Part shown: piece by piece, positions 10,985 to 24,678 of the stretch
Numbering within the stretch: position 1 is the first letter of the stretch
Layout of the letters: each line of letters starts with the position of its first letter
Assembly: GCA_964016885.1 (NCBI GenBank)
Contig: OZ024748.1
Span: 28,086,001 to 28,150,000 of the forward strand
DNA: 64,000 nt
Origin: Eledone cirrhosa
Taxonomy: Eukaryota
Reading direction: 5' to 3'
The notes under the pieces: model-generated
The model's database searches: none
What the model was told of the DNA's origin: nothing
What the model saw: the letters and a program-made list of their open reading frames with translations, nothing else
Translations under genes and position numbers: made by a program

Positions 10985-11238
10985 TCTTACATTAAAGGTG
11001 ATGTCAACATCATTTGGGCAATGCTGACGGAATATTTTCCACATCATACAGATAATGTAGCGCTCACGGCCGCGTTGGAGAGAATAAAGTTTGAGTTTTT
11101 CTAGTCGACCCCAATAGTCAAGGCCTGACATGCCATCTATGTTTTTCGTGATTGACCTTTTGAGGAGCTTCAATTTTCATGATACTTTGTTTCGTGTAGG
11201 GAGACCACAATGGACAACAGTATTCAAGGTGGGGTCGG
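10985..11238 (-). pseudogene. CR1/L2-like LINE fragment (C-terminal to RT)
   Basis: Minus strand gives PHLEYCCPLWSP...SITKNIDGMSGLDYWGRLEKLKLYSLQRGRERYIICMMWKIF, a typical invertebrate CR1/L2-group post-RT motif, with frameshifts. Confidence 0.75.
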
Positions 11239-11247
11239 GCAAAACAT

Positions 11248-11313
<66 letters not shown>

Positions 11314-11344
11314 TATGTTAGGCTGTTTACCAATGGTTAGTTCC

Positions 11345-11660
11345 GGTGAGTCCTGTTGGTGAACGATGATGCAATAAATTAATTAAAGCACTCAACGTTA
11401 TGCAGATCATCCATCGTAGATGTGGTATCCAGTGGTTGGTGCAGAAACGAAGTAAAGTATCTATTAAAACAACAACAGAAGGTCGGGCTGGAAAATTTAC
11501 TTTAGAATTTTAATTCCGCGAAAGCACTATATACATATTTCGATGGCACAACTTTATCATCCAATTATGATGCAAGGCAATGCGACTTCATCAGGTGTTA
11601 TTTGCAGAATTATGTATCAGAATTACGTTGAACCCAAACATAGAAAAGAAGATAGGAGAT
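11345..11660 (-). mobile_element. Penelope pLTR-like repeat with hammerhead motif (homolog of 32090-32450)
   Basis: Minus strand CTGATGAA...CGAAATATGTATA at ~11524-11599 and a TTGAGTGCTTT motif; collinear similarity to 32090-32450. Confidence 0.6.
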
Positions 11661-12459
11661 AGGGGAAAAATTAAAGATAGAATATAGAAAATTCGAATCG
11701 GGGACTGGCTGCAAATTTGGTGTTATATCGATAGTAGGCGGTAGACATCAAATACCAATTAATATCGAGTTAATACCTGCTTTCTTGTAGAATATTTCTC
11801 AAAAGTGAGTAAAAATAGTCACGTCAACGACAACAGCAACAGCAACAACAACAACACAGCAATGATGGCAACAACATCAGCAACGATGACAGCAACAACA
11901 ACAATAATGACAAGGATGACGACAACAATAACATCAACAACTGTGACGACAACAATAACAACAACAACGATGACAACAACAACAACAACACCAACCAGAA
12001 CATAAATTATCAAATATATTCAATATGTATTTGATGTCAGATTTTTATTGATTTAAAAATGTAGACATTTTATTTACTTCTCATTAAAATCTCTGGTCAA
12101 ATGATGACATTTTTGTGTGTAGGTGTGAGTGTGTGTAGGTATGTGTGTCTCGGTGTGTGTGTGTAGGTGTCTGTCGGTGTGTAGGTGTGTGTCCATGTGT
12201 GCGTGAGTTAATGTATGTAAATGCATGCCTACGCTGTGCGAATGCATGTATGTTTGCATACATGGATGCCTGCATGTGTTCATATATAGCAAGAGTCTTT
12301 GGATGTATGTATGTATGTATGTATGTATGTATGTATGTATGTATGTATGCATGTATGTATGTATATATGTATGTACAAACGTATGTTCGTATGCATGTAT
12401 GTGTGTATGTATGTTCGTATGTATTTATGTATGTTTATATGTATATATGTATGATGCAT

Positions 12460-12502
<43 letters not shown>

Positions 12503-13375
12503 TGGGTATGTATGTGTTTACATTACCTCTCTCCCCCTCCTACCTCCCTTTCACACATTCACATGTCCACATGTGTAGCCGTATATTTACCTATTCATAC
12601 ATGTTGAATCTAATAAATATTGAAATAATATCTAGTAAGACTTGTTTCTCTCTCTGTAATACAACATAAAACAGGTATAAAAGGTAGTAATTAGCTTCAC
12701 ACGTTTTAAAGGTAACATTTAAATTGCACAGATCTCCTCCCCCCCCTCTCTCTCTCACACACACACGCGCACACACAAGCTGTCCGTGTACGATTCCTTT
12801 AAATTGACACAAACAAATGTAACCAAATAAACGACTAAAAAGCAAATAGTTAAAAAAACACACACACACAAACACATAATAACGCACACACACATTAGCA
12901 AATATGTAAAACACACACAAACATATACACATATAAACATACAGACACACACCCAAATAATAATAAAAAATTCACACACTAACACGTGAATACACAAACA
13001 CACATACAAACACAAACACAAATAAAACACGCTCAAAGACAAATATAAAACATAAATAAACATACACACGCAAACTCAATCACAAATACATATATAAACA
13101 CATGCACACACAGAAATGCACACACACACACACACACACACATACACATACGCCTATACAAAAAGACAGACAGACGAACAGAGAAAATGTCGTCTTTCAA
13201 ATATTTGACACAAATTAGACGAAAGCCGGAAATATGTCAAAAGTTTATAAATATTAGAGAAAATTGATTTTAACGAATGATTAAATGGCCGACCATTTTA
13301 ATGAATTTGTTGTCATTGTTGTTGTTTGTTGTTGGTGTTGTTGGTGCTGTTGTTGTTTTCTCTTGATTGTATTTT

Positions 13376-13417
<42 letters not shown>

Positions 13418-13499
13418 GTATGCATATATGTATGTATATATACATATGTACATATGTATATATATATATGTACATATGTATATATATATATACATATAT

Positions 13500-13548
<49 letters not shown>

Positions 13549-13735
13549 TATGCGCTACCGTATATACATATAATTATATATATTTGCATTTATGACTTTG
13601 AATGTGTGTGTACGTACATGTGAGTGACTGTGTGTGTGTGTAGTTCTCGGGTTTCCAATGGAAAATGTATAGGGCAGGAAATTAATTATGACTCTTTTAT
13701 GTATATATATATGTGTGTGTGAGTGTGTGTGTATA

Positions 13736-13766
<31 letters not shown>

Positions 13767-13963
13767 GCGCGTGCACGTGCACACACACTCACAAATAGAC
13801 ACATACATATAGGTACATAATTTGTAGTTGAATACATATTTCACTATGTATGTATGCATCTATGTATATATATATATATAGTATGTATGCATGCATCTAT
13901 GTATAGTCAAACGCGCGCGCACACTCGCATATATCTATATACATATATATATATATTTATAAA

Positions 13964-13996
<33 letters not shown>

Positions 13997-14023
13997 TTAT
14001 ATATATATATGTATGTATATATA

Positions 14024-14130
<107 letters not shown>

Positions 14131-14644
14131 TATTTATATATATATAAAGATATATATAATATATATATTTATATATATATAAAGATATACACAGATTCAT
14201 AGGTGCATAATTTGTAGTTGTGTACATATGTGACTTTGTATCTATGTCTGCATATATGTATGTATCCGTACATACATACACACACACATACACACACACA
14301 TACATACACACACATGCACAGACCCCACCCCCACACACACATATATATATGTATATATATGTATATGTATATGATGGGGTAGGAGGAAACTGTGTTACCT
14401 TAATTATACAGCGAAACTATAAAAGCCGGATCTGTCGTTCTAGAGTGTACAACCAAATCTAATAGCTCCATAATTATTTGTATTTCTACATTCTCATACT
14501 TCCATAGTTGTATTACATGTTGCTTGATACACACACACACACTCACACACATACACACATACACACATACACACACACGCGCGCATGCACACATACATAC
14601 ATACATACATGCACACATAATACATACATACATACATACATACA

Positions 14645-14678
<34 letters not shown>

Positions 14679-14694
14679 CATACATGTATGTATG

Positions 14695-15198
14695 CGTGTA
14701 TACGTGAGTGTGCCCGAGTATTTGTGCATCATGTATAGCTATGCGTGTGTAAGCATGTAAATATATATACATGCATACATACATATATATATATATACAT
14801 ACACACATATACATACATACATATATATATATATACATCCACACACATACACACATACATACATATATATACATCCACACACACACGTACACATGCATAC
14901 ATACATATATATATACATACATACACACACATACATACATACATACATGTATGTATGTATGTATGTATGTATGTATGTATGTATGTATGTATGTATGTGT
15001 ACGCGTGTGTGTGTATGTATGCGTATGTATGTGTCCATGTGTGTGAGTGTGTGTGTATATATATATGTATATGTATGTATGTATGTGTGTGTATGTATAT
15101 ATATATGTATATGTATGTATGTATATATATTTAAATGCATACACGCGCATAGCTATACATGATGCACAAATACTCGGGCACACTCACGTATATACGCT
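14695..15198. repeat. Long imperfect palindrome with microsatellite-rich arms
   Basis: The ~70-bp unique segment at 14695-14765 is the reverse complement of 15125-15198; the interior switches from (CATA)n to (TATG)n near 14946. Confidence 0.8.
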
Positions 15199-16004
15199 CG
15201 TGTGAGTGTATATGTGCATATGTGTGTGTTTATATTTTTTGTGTGTGTGTATGTGTGTGCATCTGTGTGTGCGTGTGCTAAAGAGAGAGAGTGTGTGTAG
15301 GCAGTTATACCCAGAGAACCCTATCGGACCTTATCGGAATGTGTAACAGAGTGGCTTCCATCCACATAGATACCCATGGGTCAAGAATGGAGTTAAATTG
15401 GATGGTGGAATATGTCTACCACCCAACAGTGTCTCCACTTAAAACACCCAAGGATCAGGTAGTGGTGTTAAATTGAGCCATAGATTAATTCTACCACCTA
15501 ACAACAGAGTGAACTACATCCATAAAAGTACGCAAGAGTCAGGTGTTGATGTTTAACTGGGCGATGAATTAAACCTACCACTTAAGAAAAAGAATTAGTC
15601 CTTCCAAAGGGTTCACATTGAGCTTTTGCCACCATATGTCACTCGTGAAGGCCGTTAGTTTGACCCGAGGTTCTGGCAGAAGAAATTAGCTGTCAAAATT
15701 GCAACTAGTTTCAGTGACATCAAACTCGAAACCTCAAAGTTGCCAGCCAAACTACTTAACCACGCAGCCATCTACTGTGTCCGAATGACACATATTCAAC
15801 AAAGACTCAGATTTCTATAGATAGAGGCATTGACCATGTAACATCGTCAGATCAGATTAACGTCAATGTATTGCAGGACTTATCCGTATGAATACTAACT
15901 AATACAGATTGAATGGACGATAGACGACCAGCTATCACTGACAGACCGACATATTTCACTTGGTTATCCTAATGTCACGGTCTAATACCGGTTTCATCCA
16001 TTGA

Positions 16005-16085
<81 letters not shown>

Positions 16086-16304
16086 CTATCTATATATCTC
16101 TCTCTCTCCCTCTCTCTCTTCTCTTGCTAACAGCCACAATTCTAATCTTTCTCCCTGTGTACGTTCGCACACACACAAACACCTCCCCCACACACACACA
16201 TATATATACACACACATATATATATATATATAGATATATAGATATATAGATATATTTATATATATATACATATATATATATATAAATATATATATATATT
16301 TAGG

Positions 16305-16377
<73 letters not shown>

Positions 16378-16505
16378 TACATATATACATATATACATAT
16401 ATACATATATATATATATACATATATATATACATATATACATATATACATATATATATAAATATATATATATATTTACGTATGTATGTATATATATATAT
16501 TTACG

Positions 16506-16543
<38 letters not shown>

Positions 16544-16631
16544 CATACACACGCAACACACACATATGATAGTGGTGGTGGTGGCAGTGATGGTGGTGAG
16601 AGTGGTGGTGGTGGAGGAGGGGTTAGTTGCT

Positions 16632-16683
<52 letters not shown>

Positions 16684-16930
16684 TGACTGTGTGTTACAAA
16701 TGTATAGTCCGATATAATGTGGATGGTGTCATCAGTAAATCTATATAGATGCATTTTACAGCTTGTCTTCACAGATATGGTAATAGTCTCAACCGTTTAT
16801 GGTATGAGGTGGTTGTGATCATATTGATAGTATGAGGTGGTATGGGATGATGTGGATGTGTGTGTGCATATAATTGGCTGCACATACATACATACATACA
16901 TACATACATACATACATACATACATACATT

Positions 16931-16970
16931 ATGGCTGCCCCCTCGTTATCGAGTATGGCCATTGCACGAG
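16931..16970 (-). mobile_element. Extreme 3' end of RTE-related family A with (TATG)n tail
   Basis: ATGGCTGCCCCCTCGTTATCGAGTATGGCCATTGCA is identical to 1082-1117 and abuts (CATA)n at 16881-16929. Confidence 0.75.
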
Positions 16971-17185
16971 GAGAAAAAAAAAAATAAAAATAAATAATAA
17001 ATTAATAAATAAAAAAAAAAAAATAAATAAATAAAATAAATAAATAAATAAATATATATATATATATATATAAATATATACACACATACACATATACACA
17101 TATAATAAATATATATATACATACACACATACACATATACACACACACACACACACTCACACACACACACACATACATTAATAAC

Positions 17186-17217
<32 letters not shown>

Positions 17218-17334
17218 CAATAATAATAACGACAACAACAATAATAATATACATATACATATATATATACACAAGTACGCACACACATAAGCATATCTAT
17301 ACATACACACACACACACACACACACACGATAGC

Positions 17335-18852
17335 AACTAACAGCGCTGCGAATGATCTAAAATGATCTAAAATGTCTTGCACAGAGTCGGCAACCAAGAC
17401 ATTCACTGGGAATAGTCGGCTGTAGCTGGAGTTCGTGTACTTTTGCATGTCGCTTGAGCCCTCCTGCTGATTTACATTCTCTACCACATGTTTGGCAAGC
17501 ATGATGAGTAGCACCTCCAACAGCAGCCTGGTAGTCAACCACTGGTCTTACTTTATGACTGCGAAGATGACTTTCGAGTCCAGCTTTGCTTAGGCAGAGT
17601 CTCGCACAGACGCTGCATGTCAGCACCATAGGAGGACCCTCGCCGTCTGGAAGTGCAACAGCAATGCCCTTCCTCACATCCCACTTTACTTTCTCGTATG
17701 CGATTCGAGATGCCTCAAAGGCAACTTTTCCCTCATATACAGTCTTTCTCCATTTATTACGATCAGCAGCAATATTTTCCCATGTATCAGCAGAGATGTT
17801 AGCGTCTTTCAGAGAGGCTTTCAAGGAATCCTTATACCTCTTTTTTATGTGGCGGTCGTTTTCCTTTAACCAACTCTCCATAAAAGAGTTGTTTTGGTAT
17901 TCTAGAATCCTTCATCCTGGCAAGGTGACCACTCCAATGGAGTCGTTGCTTAAGCACAAGAGCTTCTATACTGTCACACATAGAGCTTTCCAAAATCTCG
18001 ACATAACTGATGTGGTCCCTCCAGTGAACGCCATGGATCCGTCTGAGACACATATGATGGAAACGTTCCAATTGCTTAAGGTGGTGTCGATATGTGACCC
18101 AGGTCTCGCAGGCATAAAGAAGACAAGAGAGCACACATGCCCTGTACACCTTTACCTTTGTCCTCCTGCATATGTCTCGCCGACCCCAGAGTCGCCTTTC
18201 TAGCTTTCCGAAAGCATCACTTGCTTTCCTAATCCTAAGTGAGATTTCACTGTCAAGGTTGCTGTATCGATTAACAGTGCTTCCCAGGTAGACAAACTGA
18301 TCAACCACTCCAAGTCGTTTGCCATACACATAGATGTTTGGTTCAGTGTACTGCTTACCAGGGGCAGGTTGGTACATGGCGACGGTTTTCTTGAGACTGA
18401 CAGTCAATCCTAGGTCAGTTCAAGCGTCAGAAAATGCATTCAAAATGTGCTGCATATCACTCTCTGTGTGCGCTACAAGATCGCAATCATCTGCATACAA
18501 GAGGTCTCTTATGATTGATGTAAATACTTTTGTCTTCGCAGCAAAGCGCCTGATGTTAAATATGCTGCCTGAGGTTCGATATCGGATGTAAACACCATGC
18601 TCGCAATTCCTGAATGCAATACAGAAAACCATTGCAAAGTATATGGCAAACAGGGTCGGTGCTGGAATATCCCCCTGTTTCACTCCATTTTTTACTGAGA
18701 TAGGCTCCGACATGTTACCTCCGACATTAACCCAAGCCTTCATGTCGTCATGGAAAGACCTAACTAAAGCAAGGAACTTATCAGGGCAACCAAGTTTCTG
18801 GAGAACCTTCCATAATGCATCTCTGTTAACAGTATCGAAAGCTTTTGTCAGA
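17335..18852 (-). pseudogene. RTE-clade (BovB-like) LINE, 5'-truncated RT with C-terminal C2H2-like fingers; frameshifted
   Basis: LTKAFDTVNR, GVKQGDIPAPTLF, LLYADD, FVYLGS, LLYACETW, WSGHLARM..RIPKQLFYGEL, then CSVC..SHLRSH and CQTC..RHAKVH, spread over ORFs 18420-18965, 17832-18407 and 17357-17881. Confidence 0.92.
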
Positions 18853-19096
18853 TACATACATACATACATACATACATACATACATACATACATACATACA
18901 TACATACATACATACATACATACATACATACATTTTGGCTGCATCTTGGTTTCAAGAAGTGCCATCCCTTGACCATTTTCTCAAACATGGGTGGCACGAA
19001 CATGACAATTTAGCCCTTTCAAGGACTTAGATACCTTTCTGCATATGCTGCAGTGAAAGAAATATTTCCGTAATTGAGATGACAGATAGACAGACG

Positions 19097-19115
19097 GACA
19101 GACAGGCAGACAGAC

Positions 19116-19195
<80 letters not shown>
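19097..19195. repeat. (GATA)n microsatellite at the Tx1 3' junction
   Basis: Direct sequence. Confidence 0.95.
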
Positions 19196-19428
19196 TTCTT
19201 TATTAGCCACAAGGGCGCAACAAGAAAGGGGACAATACAAAGACATGCCGGGGATTTTACATACAGTCGTGTAAAAAATATAAAAACAAACAATTTCAAC
19301 AATCGAAATCCCCAATAGGGGGGAGGCGCCACAAATGGGTTGTTTAATACCCCGTCGATAGAACAACCCTCAACTCAAGGAGCGTGTTGTGCAAGTGCTC
19401 CTTTCTTCCTTTTGCTCTCTTCCTCAAC

Positions 19429-22400
19429 CTACAGGCTTATAAACAGAGAAGGCCCAATCACTCGGGCCATTTTCGCTTCATTCACCCACCTTTCAGTAAA
19501 TTTACTGGGGTGCAGTGCCTCTCTCTCCACCCTGATTCTCCTTCTAAAGTGATACTTAAAGAATGGAATCAATTGTTGTCCGGAGAGAAAGGCATCTGTC
19601 CTCAGTCCTCTCAACCTCGTCCACCATATAACTTCTTTCACCATAGCCACCGTACAGAGGAAAACCGCCTCTCTTTCGTTTTTGAAAGAGTCTGGCGGTT
19701 TGATCCTTACTATGGACTCGGCAGTCAACTGTATTTGTCCCATACGCGACAGCAGTTGTTCTGCATAGTTCCACAGGTCGCTTACGCCCGGGCAGTGTAC
19801 AATTGCGTGCAGAACTGTTTCAATGTCCTGCGCACATCTTGGACACGTCCTCTTGGAAGGATCCCTGCCAGGGCGTCCGTGCCTGTAGATCTTGTCACGA
19901 ACCGGTAGAGCTCCTCGGTAGCACTGCCAGGCCAGGGACCTCTGGAAGTTGTCCATAGGTCCCGGGCGGAAAGTCCTACCAAACATACTGGTGAGCTCAT
20001 CGTCTTCGACGCCCAGAGTCTCTCCGAGCACGTCGTCGCCCTTGTAACGTACAATCCCTCTATAGAATGTCGAAGTGGAGTCTCCACTGATTGCTGCGCC
20101 CGCTTGCCAGAGGACTGTGAGCGCCTGAGCGCATTCAATGTGCCAGGCGCCCATCGTTTTCGGTCTTTTCTTCACCCAGGACTGCAGCTCCGTTAGCGAG
20201 ACGAGCTGTGGGAAAGCCTGTCTCACAAACGGTGCCCACACCGGTTGGGGGTCGGTGAGGAATACCTGGAGATGCCGCAGCCTCAGCGCATGTTTGCGCA
20301 TCATCAGCCACGGCATTCCCAGCCCTCCGTTGGAAGGGTGCTGACAGCAGACGGATCTCCTCACCAGCGGAGCCAGCTTCTTCCACAGAAACTGGAAGAG
20401 CATGCGTTCCATCTTGGCGAGGTGTTCACGGGGACAAGGCACGACAGTCAAGCGGTAGTAGATGACGGACGCTATGAAAGTGTTCGCCACCTCCGCTCGA
20501 CCTTTCAAGGACAGTTTGCACTCTGCCCACATCTGAGTGAGTGCAAACACCTTGGCCGTGACCTCGTTCCAGTTTTTCTCCACCTGGAGGTTTGGACCGA
20601 ACCAGACCCCGAGCAATTTCACCGGTCCGTCCGTCCAGCGTCCAACGACGCTGTCGGATGTCATCGGTTTGCCTCTCCACGTACCGAGTTGCAAACCGAC
20701 AGACTTGTCTGGGTTTAGTTTTGCTCCCGTCAGCGTTTCGTATTCTTTCAGTATGTTGCCGATCACCCCGATTTCCGAGGTGCTCGACACCATTACCGTC
20801 ACGTCGTCGGCATAAGCCGACGCCGCTTTGCGCAGTCCCGGTTCTAGAGGGATGCCCTGCAACAGCTCCAATTTCCGCAGTAGTGGCTCTAGAGTCAATA
20901 CATACAGAATGGAGGAGAGAGGGCATCCCTGTCGAATGGAACGCGTGATTGCGAACGGCTCCGATAGGTAGCCGTTCACCTTGACCCTCGAGCAGATGCT
21001 GGTGTGCATCGCCTCGATCCATCCTCTGAACACGGGACCGAAACCGGCCGCCTTGAGAACCGCTTCCAAGTATCGATGGTCGACCCTATCGAATGCCTTA
21101 GACTGATCCAAGTTGATCAGAGCCCCACCGAAGCCGGGTTTACTACCCACCCTCTCTATGATGTATCGCATGAGGTGGAGGTTGTCGTGTATGGACCTGG
21201 TCGGGATTGCACACGTTTGCGCTTTCCCTACCAGGTTCTCGACGACAAGCGCCAACCTCGTCGCTAGCACCTTGGCCAAAATCTTTAACTCTGTGTTGAG
21301 CAGAGTTATGGGCCTGAAGTTGTTAATTTCGTCCCCCTTGTTCTCGTCTTTCCTGATCAGCGTTACTACGCCCTTGCCTGCAGAACTGGGAATTCTCCCG
21401 TTCTGCTGTCAATTGCAGTAGACGGCTTCGAGGACGCCAGAGAACAAGTCCGGCATGCCTATGTAAAATTCGTAGGGTAGACCATCTAGACCGGGTGACT
21501 TGCGTTTCCCGCAGCGGCCCAGAGCGTCCCGTATCTCAGTGTCCGTGATCGGTCTTTCGCAGAACTCGGCGTCCGTGTTCGAGAGACGCGGCAGGCCGTC
21601 GAGGTATGAACTAAAGTCCATTGCCCCGTTCGGCTCACCGTCGTTCTGCTCAAACAGTCGCGCAAAGTGCCGCTGAAAGGCCGCGCACATTTGCTTGGGG
21701 TCAAGTAGCACGCGTCCGTTTTGGTCTTTCAAAGACCAAATCGTGGACTTGTTGCCACTTTTTGCCTCCGCCACTCGGGCCCAGCTGACAGCTTTCGCTC
21801 CTTCGTTTCCTAGAGCACGTGTTTTGCTTCTGACCACGCAGCCTTCGTGTTTCGCATCGAAGAACTGGTCCAGTGCCGTTCTCGACGCTCACACTCTAGC
21901 CGCGTTGCCACTTCTAAGTGCCTCCTCTACCTTGGCTACTAGTTCTCTTTCTATTCTGTTTTTCTCTAAGGCTAACTCTCTGCTATACCCTATCGATTCT
22001 ATTCTAATTGCTTTCTTGAGAGAGTACCACCATCTATTGTTGACGATGGCTCCCGTTAACTGTTGCTTGACTAGTTTACTTATCCGTTCACTGTAAGCTT
22101 TACGTGCCGGCAACGACACGTTCAGCTTCCAGTATCCGGAACCCTGTCTATGTATTCTATCACGGTTGACTAAGCAGACGACTAACTTGTGATCTGAATA
22201 GGCAACCATGTGCATTCGTGGACAGCTTAACATATCCTTGTCCCTTTCTCTAATGAAGAACCTATCTAAATACGATCTAGATGTCCCACTGCGGTTTACC
22301 CACGTCCACTGTGGTGCAGTCGGGAAATCCAGTCGATACCTATCGGCCAGTTGGAATTGGCCGATTAAAGTTTTGAGGCTGTTGCACCCCGCTCTACTGG

Positions 22401-22892
22401 GACATGCTCCCACATAGTCCCATCGTGCATCTAGGATACCATTCCAGTCCCCCACTAAAAGCAAGGAGCGAGACGTTCCCAGAAAAGACTCTAGACGCTT
22501 AAAGAAGTCTGGCCGTGATTGCGATTGCCCGGTCGGGGCATAAACGGCCACTAGTCTGAAGGCTCCACCTCCGATACTGTTCACGTCTAGGACTACCAGT
22601 CTACCCTCCGGGTCCAAGTGTACTTGCTGTACTCCGACGTCCAGGTTCTTCCGAAACATAACAGCCACTCCACCTCCACCTCCTGGCTGACAGAGAGATG
22701 CGTAGAAGATGGGGGTTAGTTGCTGCCTGTTGTGTAGAAGATGGGGGTTAGTTGCTGCCTGTTGTGGATTCTGGACTCGGTGATGGCTATCACATCCATA
22801 CTGTGTGACCTAACGTCGTTTAAAAGTTGGCCCTGTTTCCAGGGCATCCCTAGGCCACACACATTCACGGTTCCAACTCGTAAACCAGCCAT
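19429..22892 (-). pseudogene. Tx1 ORF2: APE endonuclease, reverse transcriptase and C-terminal CCHC; disrupted by one 32-bp duplication and two in-frame TGA codons
   Basis: Starts MAGLRVGTVNVCGL; APE motifs VAVYAP, VGDWN, YLDRFF, YSDH; KSPGLDGLP; RT motifs DQSKAFDRVDH, RQGCPLS, AYADD; CPRCAQDIETVLHAIVHC. ORFs 21889-22668, 21409-21837 and 19429-21279 share one frame. Confidence 0.93.
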
Positions 22893-23526
22893 GTTGGTGA
22901 AGAAAAGTTGGAGAAAAAGGACGAAAGGTGCACTTACCTTTTCGTTTCCTGGAGATCGGGTTGTTCAATCTCCATTTGGATGCTGGATGGGGTGTTGGGT
23001 GGGGTGGGGAAACATTTCAACAGGACGCGGTTGATGGGGTTTGTGGCAGGGGTTGCCCACGTCCTGTGAAAATTTAATTTTCAGGTCTTTATAGGTTTCC
23101 ATAGAAACCCTTATAAGTTTAAGGTGTGGAGACGATTCTGCCTTGACGAAAGTTTTGCCCTCCGTCTCCACCTTGGGGTTTGGGGAGATGACCTCCATCA
23201 AGCTCTTGTTGTTTGTGTTGATGTATGCGTATTGTTGTTTGTGTTTTTGTTGTATTGTTTTAGTTTGTTGTTCATCTGGGAGTTTTCTTTTTATGGTGGG
23301 TGCTTGTGTTTGGGGTGGTGTTGGTGCTGGTTTTGCTGATAGGGGGGTGTTTGACTGTGGTGTTGTTTGTGTTGTTGTTTGTGTCTGTGGTTGTGTGTTG
23401 GTGTTGGTGATTGGAGTTTTGGGGGTTTTGTGGTGTCTCTTTTTTTGTTTTTTGGATTTCCGCGGTTCTCCCTCTTCTTCACTTAAAGAAGGAGAAGCAG
23501 CTTCATCCGTCGATGAATAATCATCG

Positions 23527-24678
23527 TCAGGTGTGTGGGGTAAGGGTATGTTGTGTGGTGGTGGTGGTGTTTCGGTATGTGTGTTTGTGGTAGTGTTTGA
23601 TGGAGTGGGATGGAGTGGGGATGTGTTCTTCAGGGGTGTTGTCTCTGTTTTTTTCTGTTGTTGTTGGTTGAGTGTCTGTTTGTTTTGGTGTGGTTGCTCG
23701 TTTCGTCTGTCGTTGTACTTGTGGTGGTGGTGGTGGTTGTTTTGGTGTTGGTGTTGGTAATAGCGTTTTTTTTATGATGTTGCTGTTGTGTGTTTGTGGA
23801 CAAGAGGCTTTTAGGTGAGCTGTGCTACCACAGCGAAAGCAGTGAAATTTTCTTCCTTCTACCGAAATGTTTATTTTGTTGTTATTATCAATAACGACTC
23901 TTTCGGGTATTTTGGAGATTCTCTCCGGTTTCATTTGCAACAGAATCTCCAAATCGGTGCCCGCCCACCTTTGTCGAATGGATTTTCGTATCGAAAGTAT
24001 TATGTCTGTTTCTGGCTCTACGAAGCCAGCCAAGATCCACCAGATGTTAATGCTTGGAGGTATGTTTTTTATTTTTATTTTTTGTGTCCTTTTCCCCATG
24101 TATGTAGGGAAAAAGGTGTATGCTTTTGACACTATTGGTGTCACAGAGTTTTTTTGGGCCAGTGTCTCGCTTTTAAACAGTACGGAAACACTTCCGTACT
24201 GTTTTCCTCGCTGGAGAAAATCGACATTTGCTAGAATCTCCTTGAAAGAATCTTCTATATCTGACTGATTAACAAATGTCGGTTTTCTTGACGAATTTGA
24301 CACAGTCCTAAAAGTGACTGATCGGCGGTTTGTGTCTTCCTTTATTTCAAGGGGTGAGTTAATTCTAAACCCACCTCTTTCTTCGAAAGTTACAAATTTT
24401 CTCCCTTGCTGGAGCATATCTCTTGCGTTGGAGATATCAAGATTTATAAAATCTTGTTTCTTGTTGACTGTGTCAGCAAAAGACATTTTCTTTTTTTGTG
24501 TGATGTTGTTGTTAATAATGATGTTATCGTTGTTGGAAATTTTATGTGTAGATGTATCTGTAGAGTTGTTGATGTCTTTTTCATGTGTATGTATGTCAAA
24601 TGGGTTTTTTTGCCGTGTTTTCCCGTGTGTTATTGTCATTTTTCTCCGCTTCGGCGGTAGAAATTGTAACATTTTCAA
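23527..24678 (-). CDS. Tx1 ORF1 (gag-like, CCHC zinc knuckle, Pro/Thr/Gln-rich tail)
   Basis: 383-aa ORF containing CFRCGSTAHLKASC (CX2CX4HX4C), upstream of ORF2 on the same strand; the true start and end may be frameshifted. Confidence 0.8.
   Translation of the reverse strand: MKMLQFLPPKRRKMTITHGKTRQKNPFDIHTHEKDINNSTDTSTHKISNNDNIIINNNITQKKKMSFADTVNKKQDFINLDISNARDMLQQGRKFVTFEERGGFRINSPLEIKEDTNRRSVTFRTVSNSSRKPTFVNQSDIEDSFKEILANVDFLQRGKQYGSVSVLFKSETLAQKNSVTPIVSKAYTFFPTYMGKRTQKIKIKNIPPSINIWWILAGFVEPETDIILSIRKSIRQRWAGTDLEILLQMKPERISKIPERVVIDNNNKINISVEGRKFHCFRCGSTAHLKASCPQTHNSNIIKKTLLPTPTPKQPPPPPQVQRQTKRATTPKQTDTQPTTTEKNRDNTPEEHIPTPSHSIKHYHKHTYRNTTTTTQHTLTPHT

Noticed and set aside
21409-21891. 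In-frame TGAs in Tx1 ORF2 as selenocysteine or readthrough
   Set aside because: One sits at a probable Trp position (TGG>TGA) and no SECIS is evident; the element also has a frameshifting duplication, so decay is the simpler explanation.
19384-22417. Plus-strand ORFs overlapping Tx1 ORF2
   Set aside because: Antisense shadows in GC-rich coding sequence.
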